DNA of 64,000 nt, taken from the NCBI RefSeq assembly GCF_009914755.1, contig NC_060947.1. One strand, 5' to 3'. The notes under the pieces were generated by a model that was not told the DNA's origin, made no database searches, and saw nothing but the letters and a program-made list of their open reading frames with translations. Made by a program: the position numbers and the translations under genes. Origin of the DNA: the human T2T-CHM13v2.0 reference genome, Homo sapiens. This document shows, piece after piece, positions 43,797-56,269 of the stretch. The stretch's first letter is position 1. Every line of letters begins with the position of its first letter.

Positions 43797-44914
43797 TTTT
43801 TAAAAATAAATATTACTGTGTATATATAAAGTATATGACATTATGTTATGGGATACATATAGATAGTTTTAAAAGGTAACTTTAGTGAGGCAAATGACAT
43901 TTCAATCATTTCACATAGTTACCCATTATCTTTTTTTTTGTTTTCGTGTCAAGAGCAGATAAAACCTACTCATTTATTATGAATCCCATATACAATACAG
44001 TTTTATCACCAGTACTCCTCATGTTGCACATTAGATTTTAAACTTGTTAATCCTACATAATTCCTACTTTGTATCCTCTGGCCCACATCTCCCCATTTCT
44101 TCATCTCTGTGTATTTGAATTTGTTTTTAGATTTCACATATTAGTAAGATAATGAAATATTTTTCATTCTGTATCTGGCTTATTTAACTTAGAATACTGT
44201 CCTCCAGGCTCATCCATGCTGTGGCAAATGGTAATATTTTGTTCTGTTTAAGTGTAAAATAATATTCCATTGTGTATATGTGATGCAGTTTCTTTATCCA
44301 TTTATTCATTGATGAACACTTAGGTTTATTCCATACATCAGTTATTGTAAAAAATGCTGCAATAAACATGAGATTGCAGGTGTCTTTATTATGTAATGAT
44401 TTTGTTTCCTTTGGATATATGCCAAGAAGAGTGATTGCTGGGTATTATGGCTATGTTTAGAAACCTCCATACTGTTTTCCATAATGGCTGTACCAATCTA
44501 TATTCTCCCCAGCAATGTATGAGAATTCTCTTTTTTCCACACCCTCACCAACATTTGTTGTCTTTTGACATTTTAATAGTAGCCATCCTAATGAGTGTGA
44601 AGTGGTATCTCATAGTGATTTTGATTTGCATTTCCCTGATAATTAATGATGTTTAGCACTTTTTAAAATGCCTGTTGGCTATTTTTATGTCTGTTTTGGA
44701 AAAATATCTATTCAGGTCTTTTCCCATTCTATAAAATTGTGTGATTTGTTTTTCCACTATTGAGTTTTATGAGTTATATGTAAATTTTGGATATTATTCC
44801 TTTATCATATATGTGGATTGCAGATATATTTTTCCCAATCTATAGTTTTCCATGTCATTTTTTGAGTATTTCCTCTGCTATGCAGAAGGTTTTTAGTTTG
44901 ATATAGTTCCATTT
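43797..44914 (-). mobile_element. L1MA 3' end (non-inverted part)
   Basis: ORF 44184..44369 - YTMEYY...ILPFATAWMSLE is the ORF2 C-terminus. Confidence 0.88.
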
Positions 44915-45201
44915 AGAAAAATACAACCTATTAAGATTGAATCAGGGAAAAAGAGAAAACCTGAACAGACCAATAACAAATAAAGATATTGAAGAAGTAA
45001 TCAAAAAAACTCTTGACAAAGAAAAGCTCAGAACCAAATGGCTTCACAGCTGAATTTTACCAAACATTCAAAGAACATTCAAGCATTCAAAGTATAATAA
45101 CAATACTTCTTAAATATTCCAAAAAATAGAGCTAGAGAGCATAATTTCAAACAGATTTTAGCAGGCTAATATCACTTTGATATCCTAGCCAGACAAAGAC
45201 A

Positions 45202-45202
<1 letters not shown>

Positions 45203-45267
<65 letters not shown>

Positions 45268-45268
45268 A
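45203..45268. repeat. Compound (CA)n(CT)n(CA)n microsatellite
   Basis: Direct read. Confidence 0.95.
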
Positions 45269-46180
45269 TAAAATTTAGGCCAATTTCTCTGAGAAACATT
45301 GATGCAAATATTCTCAATAAAATATTACCAAACCAAATTCAACAACACATCAAAAAAATTGCATACTGTGACCAGGTGGAATTTATTCCTGGTATTCAAG
45401 AGTGGTTTAACATATGTAATCAATTCACGGGATATACCACGTTAACAGAATGAAAGACACAAACCACATGATCATCTCAATTGACATGAAAAAAGCATTC
45501 AATAAAGTCCACCACTCTATTGTTAAAAACTCTGAACAATTTAAGTATAGAAGAAACTTCTTCAATAAAATAAAAGCCAATTATGAAAACACACAGATAA
45601 TATTCTAACTAATGGAGAAAAACCTGAAGTCTTCTCCATTATGATTCAGTACAAAGCAAGAATGCCAACTGTCATTACTTCTATTCAACATAATACTGGA
45701 AGTACTAGCAAGAACAATCACATGAGAAAAAGACAGAAAAGGCATCAAAACTGAAAAGAAAGAAGCAAAATTATCTCTTTTTGCAGATGGCATAATTTTA
45801 TATATAAAAAAATGAAAAACAAATCACATAAAAATTCTTAGAACTAATAACAAATGTTACAGTGTTGCAAGATACAAAATCATATAAAAATCAGTAGCAT
45901 TTTAATAAATACATAATAATCTAACTGAAAAATAAGTCAAGAAAACAATCTCATTTATGATAGCATATGAAAAAAAATACCTAGGAATAAATTCAATCCA
46001 AGAGGTAAAAGATCTCTAGATTGAAAACCTCAAAGCACTGATGAAAAAATTCAAGACACAAATAAATGGAAATATATCCCATGTTCATGCACTGGAAGAA
46101 TTAGCATTTTTAAAATGTCTACATTACTCAAAACTATATGCAGAAACAATGCAATACCTACTAAAATCCCACTGACATCC

Positions 46181-48639
46181 TGTTTTACTTCATTCTCACA
46201 CTGCTATAAAGAAATACCTACAACTGCATAATTTATAAAGAAAAGAAGTTTAATTGCCTCATGGTTCTACAGGCTGTACAGGAAGCATAGCAGCTTCTGC
46301 TTCTGGGGATGCCTCAGGAAACTTACAATTATGGGGGAAGGTGAAAGGGAAGCAGGTACATTTTACATGGCCTGAGCAGGAGAAAGAGAGAGAGAAGTGG
46401 GAGGTACTACACACTTTTAAACAACCAGATATCATGATAACTCACTCACTCACTATCACGAGAACAGCACTGATGGAATGGTTCTAACCCATTTATGAGA
46501 ACTCTACCCCCATAATCCAATCACTCCCCCCAAACCCCACTTCCAACATCGGTGATTATGATTCAACATGAGATGTGGGTGGGAACAAAGATCCAAACTA
46601 TATCAATCCACCCCCGGCCCCTCCCAAATTTTATGTCCCTCTCACATTTCAAAATACAGTAATGCCTTCCCAACAGTCCACCAAAGTCTTACCTCATTCC
46701 AGCATTAACTCCGAAGTCCAAAATCAAAGGTCTCATCTGAGACAAGGCAAGTCTCTTCTACCCATAAGCCTGTAAAGTAGAAAAAAGTTAGTTACTTTCA
46801 AGATACAATGGGATAAATACTTTCAATCTAAATGACAGACATTTCTTGGCCAGTAGAAAGAAGCTACAGGCCCCATGCAAGTCTGAAAACCAGCAGAGCA
46901 GTCATTAAACTTTACAGCTCCAAAATAATATCTTTTTATTTCATGTCCCACTTCCAGGGCACACAGATGCAATGGTTGGGTTTCCAAGTCCTTGGTCAGT
47001 TCTGACCCTGTGGCTTTGAAGGGATCAGCACCCTCAGCAGCTCTCATGGTCTGGATTGAGTGCATTTAGATTTTCCAAGCACAATGTTCAGTCTTCCAGT
47101 GGATCTACAATACCAGGTTCTGGAAGATGGTGGCCCTCTTCTCAGAGCTCCACTATTCAGTGCCCCAGTGGTGGCTCCATGTGGAGGCTCCATCTCCACA
47201 TTTCCTTTCCACACTGCCCTAGTAGAGGTTTTCCATAAAGGGTCTTCCCCTGCAGACCAGGACAACCAGGCTTTTCCATACATCCTCTGAAATCTAGGCA
47301 GAGGCCCTCAACATTCAACTCTTGCACTTTGCTCACCTGCAGGCTTAACTCCATGTGGAAGCTGCCAAAGCTTATGGCTTGCACCCTCTGAAGCAACAGT
47401 TCAAGCTGTACCTGGGCCCTGTTGAGCCATGGCTGGAGATAGAGTGGCTGGGACGCAGGAAGCAGTGTCCCAAGGATATGCGGTGTGGTGGGGTCCTGGT
47501 CTTGGCTCACAAAAACATTCTTCTCTGCTAGGTCTCTGGGCCTGTGATGGGAGAGGCTACCGGGAAAGTCTCTGAAATGTTTTTGAGGCCTCCTCATTGT
47601 CTTGGTTATTAACATTTGGATTCTTTTTACTTATGCAAATTTTTACAGCCTGCTTGAATTCCTTCCCTAAAAAAATGGGCTTTTCTTTTCTACCAGATGG
47701 CCAGGCTGCACATCTTCTAAACTTTAATGCTCTACTTCCCTTTTAAATGTTAGTTCGAGTTTTAGGTCTTTGCTTTCCTCACACATATGAACATAGGTTG
47801 TTAGAGGCAGCCAGGCCACATCTTGAACACTGCGATGCTTAGAAACTCCTTCCTCCAGATAAACCTAAATCATTACTCTCAAGCACAAAGTTCCACAGAT
47901 CCCTAGAGCGGAGCCACAATGCTGCCAGGTTATTTGGTAACACATAACAAAAGTTACCTTTGTTTTTATTCCCAATATCTTCTTCATCTCCATCTGAGAC
48001 TTCATCACCTTGGACTTTATTGTCCATATCTTTATCAGCATTTTGGTTGCAACCACTTAACCAGTCTCTAGGGAGTTTTAAATTTTCTCTCATCCTCCTA
48101 TCTTCTTCTGAGCTCTCCCAGCTCTCACAACCTCTGCTCATTACCTAGTTCCAAAGCTCCTTCCACATTTTCAGTTATCTTTGTAGCAATGCCCCAATTC
48201 TTGGTACCAATTTTTAGTATTAGTTTTTTCTCACACTGCAATAAAGAAATACCTGAAGCTGGATAATTTATAAACAAAAGAGTTTAATTGGCTCACAGTT
48301 CTGCAGGCTGTACAGGATGCATAGTGGCTTCTGGTACTGAGAAGGTCTCAGAAACTTACAATCATGGCAGAAGGTGAAGGGGAAGCAGGCATGTCTTACA
48401 TGGCCAGAGTAGGAGGAAGAGAGATAGATGGGGATGGTGCTACACATTTTTAAACAACCAGATCTCATGATAATTCACTCACTCACTATTATGAGAACAG
48501 CACTGAGGGGCTGAAGCTAACCCATTAATGAAAACTTTGCTCTCATTACCCAATTACCTTCCACTAGGCCCCACCTCCAACATTGGGGTTTACAATTTGA
48601 CATGAGATTTGGGTTGGAACACAGATCCAAACCATATTA
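46181..48639 (-). mobile_element. Full MaLR element, MSTA-like: LTR 46181-46605, internal 46606-48215, LTR 48216-48639
   Basis: Two homologous LTRs of about 425 bp around a 1.6-kb MaLR internal region; ggtacca PBS-like site next to the right (5') LTR. Confidence 0.9.
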
Positions 48640-49159
48640 TATTATTTACAGAAAAAAAATAAAATTTCTAAAATTTGTTGAGAACTGTGATAGACTCCAA
48701 ATATGCAAGACAATTTCAAGAAAGAAAAAAAAATTGAGAGCATCACAATTCCTAATTTAATATAACATTCCAAAGCTATAGTAATCAAAACAGTGTAGTA
48801 CTTGCATAAGAACAGACACAGACTAATGGAACAGAATAGAGAGCCTGGAAATAAAATATACACAGTCAATTAATTTTTGAAAAAGGCACCAAGAGGATGC
48901 AATGAGGAAAGAATAGTCTCTTCAATAGATGGTACTAGGAAAAATGGATTTTCAAACTCCAAAGAATGAAATTGAACCCTTGTAACATACACAAAAATCT
49001 ACTAAAAATGACACAAATATAAGAAACTATAAAACTCCTAGAAGAGAACATAGAGAAACAGCTCCTGTACATTGGCCCTTGGTAATGATTTTCTATTTAT
49101 TACAGAACAATCTCAGGCCACAAAAGCAAAAACTGTACCGTTAGTTTTAATGCTGAAGT

Positions 49160-49345
49160 CTTACATAATGATTAAACATGCAACCTTCAGAGTCAGACTA
49201 AAGTAAGTTTAAATAGCCACACTATGCTTTGGTTTTCCTGTATGTAAAATGGGAAGAATAGCAGTATTTCCTCATAAAATTGTGATCAGAAGCAAATAAA
49301 ATAATTCATGTTTAGTCTACAGAACAGTTACTAACACATAATAAA
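49160..49345 (+). mobile_element. MIR fragment
   Basis: Core-like ttttcctgtatgtaaaatgggaagaatagcagta. Confidence 0.6.
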
Positions 49346-49463
49346 ACAAAAGCTTTTCTTAATTTTCTAAAAATTAATCCATTTTTGAATATTTCACCAA
49401 GATAATTGATAACTAAATTTATACCTATTATAATACTTCTATTAGTACATTTCACTTTCTCTC

Positions 49464-49894
49464 TGTCAGGCCTCTGAGACCAAGCCAAGCCATCGCATCC
49501 CCTGTGACTTGCACGTATACATCCAAATGGCCTGAAGTAACTGAAGATCCACAAAAGAAGTAAAAATAGCCTTAACTGATGACATTCCACCATTGTGATT
49601 TGTTTCTGCCCCACCCTAACTGATCAATGTACTTTGTAATCTCCCCCACCCTTAAGAAGATTCTTTGTAATTCTCCCCACCCTTGGGAATGTACTTTGTG
49701 AGATCCACCCCTACCCGCAAAACATTGCTCTTAACTTTATCGCCTATCCCAAAACCTATAAGAACTAATGATAATCCACCACCCTTTGCTGACTCTCTTT
49801 TCGGACTCAGCCCGCCTGCACCCAGGTGAAATAAACAGCCATGTTGCTCACACAAAGCCTGTTTGGTGGTCTCTTCACACGGACGCGCATGAAA
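49464..49894 (+). mobile_element. HERV-H solo LTR (LTR7B-like)
   Basis: TGTCAGGCCTCTGAG start, ctttgtaat..ccccaccctt repeats, AATAAA; TSD ctctc/ctcac. Confidence 0.92.
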
Positions 49895-50122
49895 CTCACT
49901 GAATAAAATGTTTTGAGAAAAATACTTAGTTTTCATGCCTATATAACTATCTTTTGCTTTGCCACAGTATCATACACAAAAAGGTACTCCATGAGTGCTT
50001 ATTAAATGTATAAAAGTCAGAATGAAGTAGTGTACATTTGTGGATATTAATTATCTTCACTGCATTTTACCTTGATTATAATTTTTATTCTAAGGCTTCA
50101 TACTTTATGTGTTTTTAATTGC

Positions 50123-51480
50123 ATTAAAAATTGAGCAAAGGACATTAACAGACACATTTCAAAAGAAAACATACAAACGGCCAACAAGCATATGAAAAAA
50201 TGCTCAACATCACTAATTATTAGAGAAATGCTAATCAAAATCAAAATGAGATACCATCTCACATCACCCAGCATGGCTATTATTAAAAAGTCAAAAAATA
50301 ATAGTTGCTGGTGAGGTTGCAGAGAAAAAGGAATGCTTACACACTGCTGGTAGGAATGTAAATTGGTATAGTCATTTAGAAAAGCAGTTTGGCCATTTTA
50401 CAAAAAACTTAAAACATAATTAACATTCAACCCAGTATTTCCATTATTAGATATACCCAAAGAAATATAAATTCTTCCAACATAAAGACACATGCATGCA
50501 TGTGTTCATCACAGCACTATTTACAATAGCAAAGACAGGGAATCAACCTATATGCCCATCAGTGGGAGACTGGATAAAGAAAATGTGGTTTATATATACC
50601 ATGGAATACTATGCAGCCATTAAAAAGAATGAGAACATGTCTTTTGCAGCAACATGGATGGAGCTGGAGGCCATTATCCTAAGCAAACTAACATAGGAAC
50701 AGAAAAGTAAATACTGCATTTTCTCACTTATAAGTAGGAGCTAAACATTGAGTATGTTAGGGACAAACTGCCCTAAGAAAGCTTCTTGGTGCTGCCCACC
50801 CCTCCACCTAACGCTCTGCAACTCTTCTCCGTGCCGCCCACCCTTCCCCCAAGCTTCTTTACATTTCTCAGCCCTTAAGCGGTGAAACCAGCAGACTTCA
50901 CTTATCAGACCTTGCTGCGATAAGCAAACCCCAATTACAAACCATTCCTACAGCACAGGGGGAGGTCGTGGAAAGCATAAACAAACTTTACCTACACCTC
51001 CTTGTAAGTTCCTGTTCTTCATCTAGCTGCTACCATAAACGTCACAAGGTGATATGTGACAAAATTAACCAGCAAACAACCCCGGGATGCGGCCATACCA
51101 AAGAACTCCCTCAAACGACCCTCCCCAATGTAAACCCCTCATTCTGTAAGCTTGGGGCTTCTTCCTCTCTGACTGTTAAGGGGGCAGCTGGCAGGTTAAT
51201 AAAAACTTGCTTGCCTGACTTCGGGTCTATTTTTAGTTTCTCTCGGCTAACCTTACAGAGGCATATGGACACAAAGAAGGGAAAAACAGACATTGGGGCC
51301 TACTTGAGGGTGGAGGGTGATAGGAGGGTGAGGATTGAAAAACTACCTATTGGGTACTAGCTTATTACCTGGGTAATGAAATAATCTGTACACCAGACCT
51401 CTGTGACACAAAATGTACCTATATAACAAACCAAAATAAAATTAAATAAGTGTAATAAATAAATGAAATAAAAGTTAAAT
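50123..51480 (+). mobile_element. L1PB/L1PA16-like 3' end, interrupted by LTR18
   Basis: ORF 50496..50696 WIKKMWFIYTMEYYAAIKK; A-rich tail. Confidence 0.88.
50755..51257 (+). mobile_element. LTR18-family solo LTR
   Basis: TGTTAGGGAC...CCTTACA with AATAAA; L1 resumes in register after it. Confidence 0.75.
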
Positions 51481-51759
51481 AAGTACAAGTTAAAACAATA
51501 AAGAAAATCAAGGACTTAGTAGAAAAGAAAATAGACGTGCTTTTTGAGTGACAAATAGATACCTCTGTCACAAACCTGGAGTTAAGGGTAGATAGGAAAG
51601 AAAGAGAAAAACATAAAGATAAGTTTCTTTATTTTATCTCAAGAGTAATGGATCTGGAAATACCAAATATTATATTTTTCAATGTGACTTTATAAGCAAT
51701 TTCTAAAACTTAAAAAAGAATCCCCTCCTCTATTCAAGATCCAGTTTGGGTAGTATCTA

Positions 51760-51892
51760 CAGCTGAGTTTCTGCAAATGTAGTCCCTGGATCCCTGGAGA
51801 AGCTAAGGACTTTTAAGTGTCTGTGAAGTCAATGTTGCTCTCACAATAATACGAAGTTGTTATTTCTCTTTTCTATTGTATCAACATCTGCA
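51760..51892 (+). mobile_element. Charlie1-like hAT end fragment
   Basis: gtccctggatccctgg...ctgtgaagtc...aataatacgaagttgttattt...acatctgcact resembles recalled Charlie1 end. Confidence 0.5.
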
Positions 51893-52815
51893 CTACTCAA
51901 GTTTGTTTTTGTATTGGCTGGTAATTGTTTTCCTTTCCATAATTAGTGCTCCTTTCAATATATCTTGTATAGTGGGTCTGGTGGTAACAAACAAGGTCAG
52001 CATTTGCTTGTCATAAAAGTATCTTATATCTCCTTCACTCAGAAAGCTTTGTTTGGCTGGATATGAAATTCTTGGTTGAAAATTTTTTTCTATAAGCATG
52101 TTGAATATAGGCTCCCACTCTCTTCTGGCTTGTAAGGTTTCTGCTGAGAGGTCTGCTGTTAGCCTGATGTGATTCCCTTCATTGGAGACCTGCCCTTTCT
52201 CCCTAGCTTCCCCTAATATTTTTTCTTTCATTTCAACATTTGAACATCTAATGGTTATGTGTCTTAGGGATGATCTTCTTGTGTAGAATCTTGCAGAGGT
52301 TCTCTGTATTTTCTGAATTTAATTGTCAGCCTCTCTATTGAGGTTGGGGAAGTTTTCATGGATGATGCCCTGAAATACATTTACCAAGTTGTTGGCTTTC
52401 TCCCTTTTACTTTCAGGAATGTCAATGATTTGTAGATTTGGCCTATTTACATAATCCCATATTTCTTGGAGGTTTTATTCATTCCTTTTCATTTTTTTCT
52501 TTATTTTTGTCTTACTGCCTTATTTCAGACAGCTACTCTTCAAGTTCTAAGACTCTTTCCTCAGCTCAGTCTATTCTGCTGTTAATACCTGTCATTGCAT
52601 TGTGAAATTCTTGCAGTGTGTTTTTCAGCTCCATCAGATGAGTTAGTTTATTTTTTATGCTGGCTATGTCATCTATCAGCACCTGTATTATTTTATTGTG
52701 ATTCTTAGTTTCCTTGAATTGGGTTGTGTCATTCTCCTGAATCTCAATGATCTTCATTTCTATTCATATTCTGAATTCTACTTCTGTCATTTCATCCAAT
52801 TCAGCCTGGTTAAAA
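51893..52815 (-). mobile_element. Inverted L1 ORF1 segment (L1PA15/16 or L1PB)
   Basis: ORF 51893..52231 - MKEKIL...IRLTADLSAETLQARREW...FQPRISYPAK is ORF1p. Confidence 0.9.
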
Positions 52816-52886
52816 AGACCAGTGTATTAGTCAGGGTTTGTTAGAGTGATAGAATTAATAGGATAGATTTATATATAAAGGGGAGT

Positions 52887-53408
52887 TTATATCACAGGGC
52901 ATGGTAATAAGAAGAGACACTCTAATGAATCTCCTGTACTCCATGCATAATCTTTCTTACCTCTGTTGCAGAGTAGTAGACTGATAGAACCTTGATAGTC
53001 TGAGTCAATCATCCCAGCCAACACTGTACCTCCCTTCTTAGGCTGTTGGTGTAAAGGTAGGAGAAGTGCAAAGTGTCCAGGTGGCAATCTTAATTTCCAG
53101 TTTAATTGAATCATTGCTATGTCTCCTGGTGGCAGCATTCCTCCCTCTGAAACTAAGACCTCTAGGCCAGCAGAACATAATGTCACAGGAACAGGAAGCA
53201 AATATGTTGTTAGTGGGTCACTAGGGGTGATGGTGAGTGTTGCCACTTCCAATTCCACCCCTTGATTCCTGGACCCATGATTCCTGGCTATGGGAGAAAC
53301 AGTACCATATATTGGATGCGGATTCAGAGCAAACACAGCCTTCTGGAGAACCTTGTCCCAGCCATGCAAAGTATTATAACCTAATTGGCATTTTAGTTGT
53401 GACTTCAA
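52887..53408 (-). pseudogene. HERV-L integrase C-terminus and dUTPase
   Basis: LNWKLRLPPGHFALL...VLAGMIDSDYQGSISLLL matches dUTPase motifs (G.ID.DY.G). Confidence 0.85.
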
Positions 53409-56269
53409 AAGGCCATTCCATCATTCTATCCATCCAGCTGCTTCAGGATGATGGGGAACATGGTAAGACCAGTGAATTCCATGAGCATGAGCCCGCTGCC
53501 ACATGTTTTTAGATGTAAAGTGAGTGCCTTGGTCAGAGACAATGCTGTGTGGAATACCATGATGGTGGATAAGGCATTCCATGAGTCCACAGATGGTAGT
53601 CTTGGCAGAAGTATTGTGTGTAGGATAGACAAACCTACATCCAGAATAAGTGTATATTCCAGTGAGGACAAACCTCTCTGCCCTTTCCATAATGGAAGAG
53701 GCCCAGTATAATCAACCTGCCACCAGATAACTGGCTGAACACCCTGAGGACTAGGGCCATATTGAGGGCTCAGTGTTGGTCTCTGCTGCGGCAAATTGGG
53801 TGTGGACATAGCCAGGTCAGCCTGGGTGACTGGAAATCCATGTTGCTCAGCTCATGCATAACCTCCATCCCTGCCGCAATGGCTACTTTGTTCATCGGCC
53901 CGTTGAGTGATGACGATGACAGGAGAAGCTGGAAAAAGAGGCTGAGTAGTGTCTACAGAACAGGTCATCCTATCCACTTGATTATTAAAATCTCTTCTGC
54001 TAAGGTCACGCATTGGTGAGCACTCACATGGGATACAAATATCATCCCCTTTTTTTTGGCCACTCAGAAAAGTCTATCCACATACCTCTTCCCCAAATTT
54101 CTTTGTCACCAATTATGCAATCATGTTTCTTCCAAGTCCCTGATCATCCAGCCAAGCCATTGGCTACAGCCCATGAAACAGTATATAATTGCACATCTAG
54201 TTATTTTTCCTTCCATAAAAAGTGCACAACCAGGTGCACTACTCGAAGTTCTGCCCACTGGGAAGATTTCCCTTCACCACTTTCTTTCAGGGATGTCCTG
54301 AAAGGGACTGTAGTGCTGCAGCTGTGCACTTGTGGGTGGTACCTGCATATCATGCAGAACCATCTGTGAACCAGGCCTTAGATTTCTCTCTCTCTCTGTC
54401 AAGTGATCATAGGAAACTCTCCATGAGGCCATTGGTGCAGGCTGAGGGAAAGAAGGCAGGGTGGCAGGAATGGAAATAATGAGCATTTGAGCCACTTCCT
54501 CGTGTAACTTACTTGTGCCTTAAGGACCTGCTCAAGCCCGATCACGTATATACTACTTCCATTTGATGATGGAATGCTGCTATGCATGAACGACTCTATG
54601 GCAAGATGGGTCAGAAAGCACCCAGGTCATGATAGGCAGTTCAGGCTGCATGGTGACTTGACTCATAGTCAAACATTCAGTTTCCACCAAAGCCCAGTAA
54701 CAGGCCAAGAGTTGTCTCTCAAAAGGAGAGTAGTTATCTGAAGAAGATGGCAGGGCCTTGCTTCAAAATCCTACAGGCCTCTGCTGTGATTCACCTATGG
54801 GGACCTGCCAAAGGCTCCAAACAGCATCCCTATTTGCCACTGAGACCTCAAGCACCATTGAGTCTGCTGGGTCATATGGCCCAAGTGGCAGAGCAGCTTG
54901 CACAGAAGCCTGGACCTGTTGCTGAGCCTTCTTCTAGTTCTGGACCCCACTGAAATCTGGCACCCTTTCAGGTAACTCAATAAATGGGCTGGAGTAACAC
55001 ACACCCAAATGAGGAATGTGTTGCCTCCAAAATCCAAATAGGCCCACTAAGCATTGTGCCTCTTTCTTGGTTGTAGGAGGGGCCAAATGCAGCAACTTAT
55101 CCTTCACCTTGGAAGGAATATCTTGACAGGCCCCACACCACTGGACCCTTAGAAATTTTATCGAGGTAGAAGATACCTGAATTTTAGTCAGGCTTATTAC
55201 CCATCCGCTGGCATGCAAATGTCTCACCAATAAGTCCAGTATGTTTGCTACTTCTTGCTCACTGGATCCAATCAGTGTAATGTCATCAATGTAATGAACG
55301 AGTGTGATACCTTGTGGAAGGGAAAATCAATTAAGGTCACTCCAAACAAGATTATGACACAAAGCCAGAGAGTTGATATACTCCTGAGGTAGGACAGTAA
55401 AGTTATATTGCTGGCCTTGCCAGCTGAAGACAGATTGCTTCTGGTGGGCCTTATGGACAAGAATGGACACGAGGACGTTAGTCAAGCCAATGACTTCATA
55501 CCAGGTACCAGGAGATGTGTTAATTTGTGCAAGCAATGAAACCACATCTTCTACAGCAGATGCAATTGAAGTCACCATTTAGTTAAGTGTACAATAATCC
55601 ACTGTCATTCTCCAAGATCCAACTGTCTTCTACACAGACAGAATGGAAGAGTTGAAAGGGTATGTGGTGGGAATAACCACCCCTGCATCTTTCAAGTCCT
55701 TGATTGCAGCACTAATCTCCGCAATCCCTCCAGGGATGCAATATTGTTTTTTATTTACTTTTTTTTAAGGAAGTGGCAGCTCTAATGGCTTCCATTTGGC
55801 CTTTTCCACCATAATAGCCCTCATCCTACCAACCAGGCAGCAAATGTGGAGGGTTCTGCCAGCTGCTAAGTATGTCTATGCCAATTATGTATTCTGGCAC
55901 TAGGGAAATGACTATAGTATGAGTCCAAGGATCCAATGGACCCACTGTAAGTCAAACCTGAGCTAAACCTCCACTAATTACCTGACCTCCATCAGCCCCT
56001 ACTTTAACTGGAGAACCGCAATGCTGTTTTGTGTCCCTTAAAATCAATGGCAGTTCAGAGCCAGTGTCCAGTAGTCCCCAAAATGTCTGATTATTTCCCT
56101 TTCCCCATACACAGTGACTGACCCTGGTAAAAGGCCAGAGGTCTCCTTGGGGAAGGATGGGAGAAAGATTAATAGCATAAATTGTTGGTAGTGTAGTGAG
56201 TTCCTCCCTCAACAAGGGGACCTGGCCTCTCTTCCATTCAAGGGATTCTGGGTCTGTAAACTGACTCAC
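53409..56269 (-). pseudogene. HERV-L pro-pol, frameshifted: protease, RT, RNase H, integrase
   Basis: LLDTGSEL (protease); HYIDDI at 55279-55296 (RT); WFTDGSA at 54354-54373 (RNase H); WQVDYTGPLP and SDQGTHF (integrase). Confidence 0.9.

Larger units (their letters stand above)
44915..49132 (+). mobile_element. L1MA ORF2 inverted segment, interrupted by MSTA element
   Basis: Sense ORF2 RT region (ttatctctttttgcagatggcata, FADD-like) resuming at 48640. Confidence 0.85.

Noticed and set aside
46575-48148. Cluster of ORFs in the MST internal region
   Set aside because: Fragments of the decayed MaLR internal sequence, not host genes
53103-53113. TAATTGAATCA in the dUTPase region
   Set aside because: Single motif outside an LTR; compatible with chance
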